From positions 1,312,001 through 1,376,000 of the forward strand of contig AP038806.1 of assembly GCA_047150005.1 (NCBI GenBank): a DNA stretch of 64,000 bases. The letters run 5' to 3'. Under the pieces are notes generated by a model that searched no databases, was not told the origin of the DNA, and worked only from the letters and a program-made list of their open reading frames with translations. The DNA is from Nitrospira sp. GTDB lineage: Bacteria; Nitrospirota; Nitrospiria; Nitrospirales; Nitrospiraceae. This document shows positions 1 to 9,600 of this stretch, one piece after another. Position 1 is the stretch's first letter. Each line of letters starts with the position of its first letter. The position numbers were made by a program, and so were the translations under genes.

Positions 1-2098
1 ATCCATCGTCATCAAGATGGATCATGTCCAGCCAGGGAGATGGATTGTGGTTCTGCGAGAAGGGCACGCGCCGGCCGAAGTGCGGCTTCAAGTGCGGCCA
101 CGCAACTTTACCGGTTGCGCTCTCGAACAGAATCGGCAGGCGCTTGCCCGGAGCCGTGGATTTATACCGTGGATTCTCCACGGTATTCTCACGCTCGGTC
201 ATCGCACGCTCGCCCTGCCAGGCCCAATCCAGCACGCTGGCATCGTAGGAGCTGGTCTGAGCCCGCTCGTCGTCCTTGTGGCCCGGCTGCCCCTGCGGAG
301 GCAACTGCATGCTGACCCAGTCCTTCACATTGACGACGGCAGGCGAAGCCTTCCAATCCGACTTCCCATCCTTGACGATGGTGAACTCCTTGCCGAACCA
401 GTCCACCGTGCGACCGATGAGCTGATCCGACGTCACACCGGGCTGGATGCGACCCATGCGGTCCGGGAGTTCCCGAAGGGCCGGCATCACGTCATTGTGG
501 ACATCCCCTTGTTGCAGGGTGTTATAGACACGCCAATACCCCCACATGCCGGCGATGTAATGGTGCGCGACGTGACAGTGGAACAGGAAATCACCGGCCA
601 GCTGCTGACAGAGGCCCGAGCCGCACTCCGTTTCCAGATCCATCGTCTCGGACGGACCGATGACTTCCACGTCGACGCGGTCGGACTTGGTCCGGATCAC
701 GGGATACTTGACCGGCCCGTTCTTGGCCGTATGCCACAAGGGCATTTCGTCGATCGCGCGCGGGCTACGCGGCCAGCGGATCGAGCCGCCGTGCGGATGA
801 TGGGAGTGAAACACCTCCGACCCCCCGTGCACGAGGCGGAACTTAGCCGGATCACCCAGATAGCTGCGCGGCACGGTGGTCGCGGGATCGCCGAACGTAT
901 AGGCACTGTAGGCCATGGATTCGTCTTCGAACCCGAAGTACTCGTGTTGCGTCTGCATGTTGTCGACGCCGAACGGCTCGCTGCGATAGTTGAGAGCGCG
1001 GGCGACCGGCCGATACACGTCGGTCAAGGGATCGCGCTGCGGGAGAAAATCGCCCTTCTTGTTCAGCGGCCTGAAGGCTTCATCACCGACTTCGTGATAC
1101 ATCAGGACGAATTCGCGGAAATCCGGTCCCGCGCCGTTCTTGATGATCGCCTGCCATCCGCTCGTCATCGGCGTCGGGGTGCCGCTGCCGATCGGATCCA
1201 GATACTCGGATCCCTTGGGCTCGATCACGAACGTCCCGAACAAGCCCATCACCGTCAATTCGCGATCGTTGCTGTAGGAGTGGAACTGCCGTCCGCCTTC
1301 CTGCTGCGTCGGCGGGATGTACCATTCGAATTCGACGGCCTTGCCCTGGGGAGCAACGCTGTCGGGGTTGGTCGTGGTCGCAGGCTGACCGGTCGACGCA
1401 ATGACCATGCTGGAACCATGGATATTGAGACTGACTTCCTCGCCGCCATCGAGCTGATTGCGGAGCGTCATCTTGACGCAGTCGCCCTGGTTGCCACGGA
1501 TCACGAGCGGCTGGATCCACTGACTCTGCAAGCCGTTCTTGACGGCCCCGGGGTCGTATCCCTCCTTGTCGCGGGCCGTTCGATTGGTGGTTTCCTCTTC
1601 CCGCACTTTGTCGATGTTCTCGGTGAGGACGTACATGTAGCCGGGGTAGTAATCGAGCCACATGTTGAGTGAAATCTCGACGTTGATCGCCGAAATATCA
1701 TACTTTCTGACCGGGGCGGATGCGGGACAGCGCCCGCCCGTCGCAGACACAGGCTCGGCGCCGGAATCGGACATGAGCAGCACATCCTGATTGCCTGCAC
1801 CGTATTGGTGCATCATGTTGACGTTGTTGTAGTAGCCGCTCGTCCGCTGCGCCTCGGCGTCCCGCTCCATCTGCTCCATGACCCGATGATGCTGGCGCTC
1901 CATCATGGCGGCGCGGTCGGGACGGCCTTCCATCGAATCCTCGACGATCGTCTGCCCCTTCAGCCGTTGAGTCCACGCGACGGGCGTCGCCGACTCGGCC
2001 TCCTGATGGGCACCGTGGGTGGATTCGGCCACCGCTTCGTTACCCGCCAGGATCAGGGCCACTGCGCACAGAATCCTTGTCCACGAACGATGCTGCAT
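1..2098 (-). CDS. Large secreted multicopper oxidase, MnxG-like (N-terminal part; C-terminus runs off the window)
   Basis: Manual minus-strand translation is open from ATG 2098 (GGAG RBS; alternative ATG 2113) to the window edge. It has a signal peptide (MQHRSWTRILCAVALILAGNEAVA) and the copper motifs FHSHHPHG and FHCHVAHHYIAGMWG. The + strand ORF 17..1672 is its antisense shadow. Confidence 0.85.
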   Translation of the reverse strand, partial: MQHRSWTRILCAVALILAGNEAVAESTHGAHQEAESATPVAWTQRLKGQTIVEDSMEGRPDRAAMMERQHHRVMEQMERDAEAQRTSGYYNNVNMMHQYGAGNQDVLLMSDSGAEPVSATGGRCPASAPVRKYDISAINVEISLNMWLDYYPGYMYVLTENIDKVREEETTNRTARDKEGYDPGAVKNGLQSQWIQPLVIRGNQGDCVKMTLRNQLDGGEEVSLNIHGSSMVIASTGQPATTTNPDSVAPQGKAVEFEWYIPPTQQEGGRQFHSYSNDRELTVMGLFGTFVIEPKGSEYLDPIGSGTPTPMTSGWQAIIKNGAGPDFREFVLMYHEVGDEAFRPLNKKGDFLPQRDPLTDVYRPVARALNYRSEPFGVDNMQTQHEYFGFEDESMAYSAYTFGDPATTVPRSYLGDPAKFRLVHGGSEVFHSHHPHGGSIRWPRSPRAIDEMPLWHTAKNGPVKYPVIRTKSDRVDVEVIGPSETMDLETECGSGLCQQLAGDFLFHCHVAHHYIAGMWGYWRVYNTLQQGDVHNDVMPALRELPDRMGRIQPGVTSDQLIGRTVDWFGKEFTIVKDGKSDWKASPAVVNVKDWVSMQLPPQGQPGHKDDERAQTSSYDASVLDWAWQGERAMTERENTVENPRYKSTAPGKRLPILFESATGKVAWPHLKPHFGRRVPFSQNHNPSPWLDMIHLDDDG

Positions 2099-2559
2099 AC
2101 CTCTCCTCTGCATTATGATTCCCCTCTCAAGAGTGTGGATCACACATCTGGCCGAAATGGCCCACAATTCCGTTCTATCGGTCGGCTGCGCCCGTCCAGG
2201 CCACATCGCGGTCTTGCGGTCTTGTGGCGGCGGCAGAGCCTCGAAACTGGTCTTTGGCATCTCCTCGTTGGAGACATGGATGAAGCCCAAGGCCCCGGTC
2301 AACGCGTCCTGCAACGAATGCGTCACCGCGTAACTCGCCTGGGCGCAGAAGAGTCCGACCGCCGACAACGTCAAGAGGGACCTGACGAACCGCTCCATCC
2401 GTCCTTGCGCGCTCGCCGAAAAATAGGCCCTGCCCTTGTCGGACAAACGGACCGCGTAACCTTGTGTCGCTCATGGCGTTCCCTAATTCCTGATCAGTGA
2501 TGGATCGCTCACCCGAGAACGGCGGAGGTTGCACCCACACCACCGGTGCGTACTACGAA

Positions 2560-2574
2560 GCAACAGATGTGCCG
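2560..2574 (-). promoter_or_regulatory. Sigma-54 -24/-12 promoter upstream of the multicopper oxidase
   Basis: Minus strand CGGCACATCTGTTGC has exact GG-N10-GC spacing and is close to the TGGCAC-N5-TTGC consensus. Confidence 0.7.
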
Positions 2575-2715
2575 AAGGTACAGACGGGAAACTGATCCCA
2601 AAGGCCTAATGATATTCACAGGAAAGAGCGGCTGGTGTCGCCGGTGGGTCTGAGATCGCGAGATGGTTGCGCGAGATTTAGCGGTGATCCGCGATATGTC
2701 GCGAGTCCGCGCCGG

Positions 2716-4242
2716 TTAGGCCACTGGAAAATTCACAGGCCGTCTGAGTCCCAATTTCTTCATGCGGCTTCGGAGGGTGCTGGGATTCATCCCAAGCTGA
2801 GCTGCAGCTCCGTACGTTCCGTAGATCCGCCAATGCGCCGACTCCAGCACACGCTGAATGTGGCGACGTTCGACGTCGACAAGGTTGGACGTCGATTCGG
2901 CCACTGCGTTTCCAGCCGCCAGGGCCTGGGGTTCGATACTCACGACCGGCGACCGCGCCAAGATCACGGCTCGCTCGATCACATTCTGCAGCTCGCGCAC
3001 GTTGCCGGGCCAGGAGTAACTCGTGAGTCGCGACATCGATTCCGCGCTCAGCTCCAGCATCGGACGTTTCAACTTTGCTCGATAGGCTTCCAGAAAATGC
3101 CGCGCGAGGAGCGGGATGTCTTCGCGCCGTTCCCGCAAGGGAGGCAGATTGATGGGAAACACGTGGAGGCGATAGTACAAGTCCTGGCGGAACCGTCCTT
3201 CATTGACGGCCGCGACCAGATCCGAGTTCGTCGCAGCGACGATGCGGACGTCGACGGGAATAGGGCGCGTGCCGCCGACGCGGTCCACCAACCCGTCCTC
3301 CAGCACCCGCAGCAACTTCGCCTGAGCTTCAAGCGGCATCTCGCCGATTTCGTCGAGAAACAGCGTGCCGCCGTTGGCCAGTTCGAACCGGCCCGCTCGC
3401 CGTTGGTCCGCTCCGGTGAATGCACCGCGCTCGTGGCCGAAGAGCTCGCTTTCGACCAAACCCATCGGAAGCGCCGCGCAATTGACACGGACGAACGGCT
3501 TGTCTCGGCGGCTGCTCAATTCGTGGATGGCCCGCGCCATGAGTTCCTTGCCGGTACCCGTTTCGCCGGTGACCAGCACCGTAGTCCCTGTCGGGCCGAC
3601 GGCCTCCGCCTGCATCAGCGCAGTTCGGAACGCCGCGCTCAGTCCGACCATTGCGCCGAAGTTGTGCGTGAGCTTCAGCTCCTCGACCAAATACTCATTT
3701 TCGCGGGCCAGTTGGTGCCGCAGGCGATCGATCTGTTCGTAGGCCTGGACGTGGTCGATCGCGTAGGCGATCTGGATGGCGACGAGCTGAAGAAATTCCA
3801 GATCGGTGGGGTCAGGATCCCCGCACTCCACGCTGCCGATGTTCAATGTCCCGATACAGGCATTGCCCACCATCAGCGGCGAATTGATCATACGGCCCAA
3901 TCCCTCGCGCACGTAGTACTCGTCCTCGAGAAACAGCCGTTGCCGGCGGAGATCCGGACGAACATGGATCGTCCGATTCTCGTGCACCCACCCGACGGCG
4001 CTTCCGACCTTGGGAATGACCGCGTCACGCGGCAGCTCCCGATGCGGCAAGGTCGTTTCCACCGCATAGAATCTGAACGAATCGCTGTCCGGATTGTACA
4101 GGGTGACGCCGGCCCGCTCCCACGGAAGGACTTTTCTGATCTGCTCCGCGATCGCCCGCCAGAGGCTGTCAGTATCACGCTGGGAATTCAGAACGTTCGT
4201 GACGGCCAGCAATGCGCGATAGCTTTCATCATCGTTCCGCAT
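2716..4242 (-). CDS. Sigma-54-dependent transcriptional activator (GAF-AAA+-HTH, FhlA/NifA-like)
   Basis: N-terminal GAF region, Walker [41 protein letters not shown] and a C-terminal Fis-type HTH. Confidence 0.93.
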   Translation of the reverse strand: MRNDDESYRALLAVTNVLNSQRDTDSLWRAIAEQIRKVLPWERAGVTLYNPDSDSFRFYAVETTLPHRELPRDAVIPKVGSAVGWVHENRTIHVRPDLRRQRLFLEDEYYVREGLGRMINSPLMVGNACIGTLNIGSVECGDPDPTDLEFLQLVAIQIAYAIDHVQAYEQIDRLRHQLARENEYLVEELKLTHNFGAMVGLSAAFRTALMQAEAVGPTGTTVLVTGETGTGKELMARAIHELSSRRDKPFVRVNCAALPMGLVESELFGHERGAFTGADQRRAGRFELANGGTLFLDEIGEMPLEAQAKLLRVLEDGLVDRVGGTRPIPVDVRIVAATNSDLVAAVNEGRFRQDLYYRLHVFPINLPPLRERREDIPLLARHFLEAYRAKLKRPMLELSAESMSRLTSYSWPGNVRELQNVIERAVILARSPVVSIEPQALAAGNAVAESTSNLVDVERRHIQRVLESAHWRIYGTYGAAAQLGMNPSTLRSRMKKLGLRRPVNFPVA

Positions 4243-4428
4243 CCTCGTTCCTCCGCAAATGGAAAGGCTCCCTCAGGAGCCTTATTTGACAGGATACGCG
4301 AGCCCTTCTCTCAATCGCAAGCCGAGGATGACTCACTCCATATATAATATTGTGCGCTTCCGCACAGGACGCTCTTGCCATCGCTTGTTCGGAAATTTGG
4401 TGGCACCGCGGAATCGTACCGATCCCGC

Positions 4429-5073
4429 TTATGTTTCCACACGACGGGGAACGGCAAAAGCTGCCGACAACAGTTTCATGAGGAGCAGGCCGACCAATAC
4501 GGCGCCGGCCTGAGCGGCGATGAGTTGCCACATCGCCTGTCTCCAATATTCGGCTTGAGGCAGATCCGTTTCGCGGAATTCACGCTCGATTTTGGCTTCC
4601 AAATCGTCAAACACGTTGGCAATCGTCTTGGCCAGCGCCACGCCATCACCGCCGCGGAGGTAGTTGAGGACTTCTTGTTCGTGGCCCGACCCAATCTTGA
4701 ACGTCAACTGGCGCTTCGTCTCGATCAACTCGTCAAGCCGCCGCATGAGCACCTGGACACTTCCTTGAAGTGCGGGGGTTGTGCCGGTCAGCTCGGTCAA
4801 CCGGTCCAACGCCCGGGGAATTTCCGCTTCGGCCGCCACCACCGGCACGAGGAACACGCTTTGCCGCATCAACGCGTATCCGCGAAATCCGCTGTCGATA
4901 TCGGTGGCCAATCGCCGGAGCTGCAGGACTTGCACCATGATCGCGTTGCGGAGTTCCTGGGCATCGGAGACTTCGTGCCACTGCTTGAGGATGTAGACTT
5001 GTTCCGCTGCAAAAAACAGCAGGAGGAGGACGCCCGTACAAAGGTACGCCCATACTCTACCCTGTTGTTGCAC
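4429..5073 (-). CDS. CHASE3-like periplasmic sensor-domain membrane protein with no cytoplasmic output domain
   Basis: Two hydrophobic helices flank a helical domain containing DIDSGFRGYAL, which resembles the CHASE3 'ETGQRGYLL' motif. Confidence 0.65.
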   Translation of the reverse strand: MQQQGRVWAYLCTGVLLLLFFAAEQVYILKQWHEVSDAQELRNAIMVQVLQLRRLATDIDSGFRGYALMRQSVFLVPVVAAEAEIPRALDRLTELTGTTPALQGSVQVLMRRLDELIETKRQLTFKIGSGHEQEVLNYLRGGDGVALAKTIANVFDDLEAKIEREFRETDLPQAEYWRQAMWQLIAAQAGAVLVGLLLMKLLSAAFAVPRRVET

Positions 5074-5195
5074 CGCTCGCTTCCTTCCGATTCGAGGTCA
5101 ATCCGAGCCGTTGCCCCGGCTCGTTGTGGGAAAAGCGGGCCGATAGACGAAGGGCAGAGTCTTGCGATGAAGACTCTGCCCTTCCGCGCTCGACC

Positions 5196-5218
5196 GCCCG
5201 CGGCCCGGGGCCGCGGGC
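5196..5218. terminator. GC-rich hairpin downstream of nxrB (terminator or mRNA stabiliser)
   Basis: GCCCGCGGCCC-G-GGGCCGCGGGC is a perfect inverted repeat 13 nt after the nxrB stop; there is no clear U-tract. Confidence 0.5.
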
Positions 5219-5231
5219 TCGCCGGGCCGGC

Positions 5232-6521
5232 CTACAGCCAGTTCACCCGTTCGGCGGGTCGGACGTAGATCGGCTCTTCGACCTGAATGCGCGCCACTTC
5301 CTTGCCCGACTTGTTGAAGCCCAGCACGGTATCGTTGTACATCTCGAACCGCTTGCCGTGAATCTGGGTCTCAAACACCTTCGGGCCCGGAATGACGTCA
5401 TACCGGAAGACGATCTGCTGGCTGGCTCTCCACAGCTGGAGCACCGCCAACAACTCCCGGCTCGGCACCAGATACTTCTCAATGGCGTTGTCCACGCCCG
5501 GCCCAAACATCTGCCGGGCATAGCCCCGCGGGCTGTGCCGCGGCGGAATGTAGTAGCCATTGGGCTCCGTGCCCCACTGCGGATACAAGGGCAGCGCCAC
5601 CTGCTCCACCCGAATGGTGTAGTACAGGGGGTGCCACCGATCCTCCGCCCACAGGCCGTCTTCGCCGATGCGCACCAGGCTCTGCATGCGGATCTTGCCC
5701 ACGCACGCCGCCATACAGCGCGTTTCCATCGGCTCGCCGCCCGTCAGCGGGTCCTTGCCCTCGATCCGCGGATAGCACGCAATGCACTTCTCCGACACCC
5801 GGGTCGTCCCCCGGTACATCGGCTTCTTGAACGGACACTGCTCCACGCACTTCTTGTACCCCCGGCAGCGGTTCTGGTCGATCAACACGATGCCGTCCTC
5901 CGGCCGTTTATAGATCGCCTTGCGCGGGCAGGCGGCCAAACAGCCAGGGTAGGTGCAGTGATTACAAATCCGCTGCAGGTAGAAGAAGAACGTCTCGTGC
6001 TCCGGCAGCGAGCTGCCGGACAGCCGCCACGGCTCATCGCGCGAGAACCCCGACCGATCGATGCCCTCCACCAACGAGCGCATCGAGGTCGCCGTGTCCT
6101 CGTAGATGTTCACGAAGCGCCATTCCTGGTCCGTCGGAATGTACCCGATCGCCGCCTGGCCCACCTTGGCCCCCGCGTCGAAAATGGTCATCCCTTCGAA
6201 CACCCCGTAGGGCGCATGGTGCTTGCGGCCCACCCGCACGTTCCACACCTGCCCCCCCGGGTTCACTTGCTCGATCAACTGCGTGATCTTCACGTCGTAG
6301 AACTGCGGATACCCCCCGTACGGCTTGGTCTCCACGTTGTTCCACCACATGTATTCCTGGCCCTTCGAAAACAGCCAGGTCGACTTGTCCGCCATCGAAC
6401 ACGTCTGACACGCCAAACACCGGTTGATATTGAACACAAAGGCAAACTGCCACTTCGGATGCCGCTCCTCATACGGATACAGCATCTTCCGTCCCAGTTG
6501 CCAGTTATAGACTTCTGGCAT
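5232..6521 (-). CDS. nxrB: Nitrite oxidoreductase beta subunit
   Basis: 429 aa starting MPEVYNWQLGR, with Fe-S motifs CLACQTC, CNHCTYPGCLAACP, CRGYKKCVEQCP and CIACYP; typical of Nitrospira NxrB. Confidence 0.97.
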   Translation of the reverse strand: MPEVYNWQLGRKMLYPYEERHPKWQFAFVFNINRCLACQTCSMADKSTWLFSKGQEYMWWNNVETKPYGGYPQFYDVKITQLIEQVNPGGQVWNVRVGRKHHAPYGVFEGMTIFDAGAKVGQAAIGYIPTDQEWRFVNIYEDTATSMRSLVEGIDRSGFSRDEPWRLSGSSLPEHETFFFYLQRICNHCTYPGCLAACPRKAIYKRPEDGIVLIDQNRCRGYKKCVEQCPFKKPMYRGTTRVSEKCIACYPRIEGKDPLTGGEPMETRCMAACVGKIRMQSLVRIGEDGLWAEDRWHPLYYTIRVEQVALPLYPQWGTEPNGYYIPPRHSPRGYARQMFGPGVDNAIEKYLVPSRELLAVLQLWRASQQIVFRYDVIPGPKVFETQIHGKRFEMYNDTVLGFNKSGKEVARIQVEEPIYVRPAERVNWL

Positions 6522-6536
6522 TGTGAATCCTCCCTT

Positions 6537-6630
6537 TCAGTGCTGAGTGCTCAGTCCTGAGTGCTGAGTGCTTTGGCCAAGGGCCGAGTCCCGCTTCACG
6601 CAGGACTCAGCACTTGTCGCTCAGCACTGA
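6537..6630. repeat. Inverted arrays of heptamer repeats (TGCTGAG/CTCAGCA) in the nxrA-nxrB spacer
   Basis: TGCTGAG TGCTCAG TCCTGAG TGCTGAG at 6541-6568, with complementary copies GGACTCAGCAC and CGCTCAGCACTGA at 6603-6630. Confidence 0.8.
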
Positions 6631-6632
6631 AG

Positions 6633-9600
6633 TTACACCTTGATCTTGATGTGCTCACCTTTGAGCCACTTGATCATGAACTCGTTCTCCTGTCCCGGGG
6701 TAAAGCCGGTGCGAACCGGTTCCCACGGGCCCCGCGCGCCGATGCCGCCGTCTTCCGCCTTGGTGATGCGGATCAGACATTCCTTCGGCACGGTGTTGAC
6801 CGCGTGGTGATCGATTTCGAATCCCCACTTCCATTTCAACCCGTTGGCGTTCTTGCCCGGGAGGGAGTCGGTCTGGTGCATCGGCATCAGCCACGACCGG
6901 GTAAAGGACTGTTGGGCCCCGTACCGGAAGTTGGACTGATAGCCGGTGTCCACCGCGATGGCTCGGCCGTCCGGCCGGGTCTCGTGGCCCTTCACCGACT
7001 TCGCCGTCGACACGTACGGGGCGTGCTTCGCCATCGTCACGTGGTACGGATAGGCGGGGTTGTACTTCGCCCGGATCATCAAGCGCGCGACCTTGTAGAA
7101 CGGATCCGAGGGTTTCCAGCCGCGATAGGGCCGGTCCACCGGGTTGCCGTCCACGTAGACGTAGTCGCCGTCGTTGATGCCGCGGTCTTTGGCCGCCTGC
7201 GGGTTGATATGCAACTGGTGCTCGCCGACGCCCGGCGTCCGTTTGTCCATGCGGTACGGATCGCCGAAGTTCGACTCGTAAATCTGCACCCAGTCGTTCA
7301 CCGACCACTGGCTGTGCACCCGGTGCCGGGTCTTGGGCGTCACGCAGTAGAACTGGTAGCCCTTCTCCCACAACGGGTTGGCATGTTGCTTGATTTCCCC
7401 CCACGGCAGCTTGATGTTGCGCACCGTCTTGTCGTCATGGTGCTGCGCCGTGATCGGAATGCCGTAGTCGTCCGGTCGGACGTACGGGTTGGTCGTGAAG
7501 ATGGCGTTCGGCAGATACGGGGTCGCCTCCGGGCCTTCCCGGTGCACGATGAAGTTTTCCCCGTACTCGATCGCCTCGGGCTCCACCCGATACGTTTCCA
7601 AACGTCCGGATCGCGTCCACTGCGGCTTGCTCTCGTTGACTTCTTCCCAGAGCGGATGGCGGGGATAGGTCCGCACCATGACCATCCAGCCCTTCTCCGA
7701 CTTCAGCATCACGTCGGCGCTATACCCGTACAACGTGCTCGATGCATCGAACACCCGCTGCGCATAGACGTCGACGCGATTCAGGTACACGAAGTGGAAG
7801 ACTTCCCTTATTTTCTCGTCGCCGGTCATCTCCGACAACTTGGCCGCGACGCCGGCAAAGGTATCCAGGTCGTTGCGAGTGTCGTACAGCGGCCGGATGC
7901 CGCCCTTCCAGACCTGAATCCAGGGATTCGACACCGTCGCCGTCATTTCCGGATAGGTGAATTCCATCCAGGAGTTGCAGGCAAAGGCGATGTCGGCGTG
8001 GTTGACGTCCGAGGTCATCTCAATGTCTTGCGTGACGATCATCTCGATGTTCGGATCCACGTTGCGCACCATGTCATAGTGGTGCTTGGAATTGTTCAGA
8101 ATGTTCACGTTGACGACCCACCGGACCTTGCTCGGGCTCGGCATGTGGGTCTTGCCTGTGAACACCTTGCGTCCATACTTCGGCGTATTGACGATCAGGG
8201 CGGTGTCGCCGTGGTTCCAATACCCGGGCTCTTCGCCGTAGTAGTAGGTTCTGTACTTGATTTCCTTCCCGTGCGCATTCGGATCCAGATTCGAGTGCCA
8301 CGGGTCTTCCGCTAGATGGACTCCCGCACCGGCCCCCGACCAGGGCGCCGCGTTCCAGATGCCCACTTTGTAGTTGCCGGACCAGGTATGACATCCCGTG
8401 CCGAACTTGCCGACGTTGCCGGTCAGAATCATGACGAGCGCCGCCGCCCGTCCCATCGACGTCATGTGGAAATAGTGACAGACGCCTTCGCCGTTGTGAA
8501 TCGCGGCGGGCTTGATCGTGCCCGAGTCCCGCGCCCAGCGGACGATCAAGTCCTTGGGCGACCGGTTGATCTGATGCACCGTGTCTAGATCGTAGTCCTG
8601 GAAGTGCACCATGTAGAGCTGGTAAATCGGCGCGACGTCTACTTCGCGGCCGTTGAGCATCTTCACCCGGTACGTTCCGGTGAGCGCCGCATCGACGCCC
8701 GTCTCCTGGTAGTGCACGCCCACTTGTTCACGATGGAGCGGCACCGCCTGCTTCTTGTTGAGGTCCCAGACCATCATCCCGCCGAGCCGCTGGATGTATT
8801 CCGGCTTCAGGCCTTGTATACGGCCCGAATAGGAGTGGCTGAAATCGGGCAATGCGTAATCCTTGATGACGTCCCGCGGATCCAAATACTGCAAGGTGTC
8901 GGTCCGCACGAGAAGCGGCATATCCGTGTACTGCTTCAGAAAATCGATGTCGTGCAGATTCTCCTCGACGATGATCCGGCTGGCGCCGAGGAACAGGGCG
9001 CCGTCCGATTCCGGACGAACTGGAATCCAGTAGTCGGCGCGATAGGCCGTCGGATTGTACTCGGGCGTGATCACGACGATGCGGCCGCCACGCTCGATGG
9101 ATTCGAGCTTCCAGTGGGCTTCCGGCATCTTGTTCTCGGTGAAGTTCTTGCCCCAGCTCGTATTGAGCTTGGAGAAGCGCATATCGGACAGGTCCGTGTC
9201 GCAATTCTGCGTCCCGTTCCACCAAGGCTGAGACGGGTCCTGGTCGCCGTGCCAGGTGTAGTTGTTCCAGTACCGGCCGCCCTGGGCCTGGTCCGGGCCG
9301 ACTTTTCTGATCCAGGAATCGAGCAACGGCAGAACGCTGTTGTTAAACCGGGTATTGCCATGCTTGCCCAGCAAACCGAGAATCGGCATACCGGCGCGAT
9401 GCTTGAAACAGCGGACCCCGGCGCCCTTCATCATCTCGATCATTTCCGGCGCATAGCCCTGCTCACGCAGACGCCGCGCGCCCGCCTCGCCGCTGTACCG
9501 GTTCCCGATGAGAATCAGGCCCTTACCCGCGTAGGTGAAGGCCGTATCCCAGGACACGCGAATCATGTCGTCGAGGAAGCGGCTGTCGAACTTGTACTTC

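Noticed and set aside
17..1672. 551-aa + strand ORF and similar long ORFs (2635..4347, 5124..6560, 6561..8315, 32293..33939, 45730..48066, 50006..51784)
   Set aside because: These are antisense shadows of recognisable genes, expected in GC-rich DNA, and carry no motifs.
6537..6630. Possible CRISPR array
   Set aside because: The units are 7 nt with no spacers, and there are no cas genes in the window.
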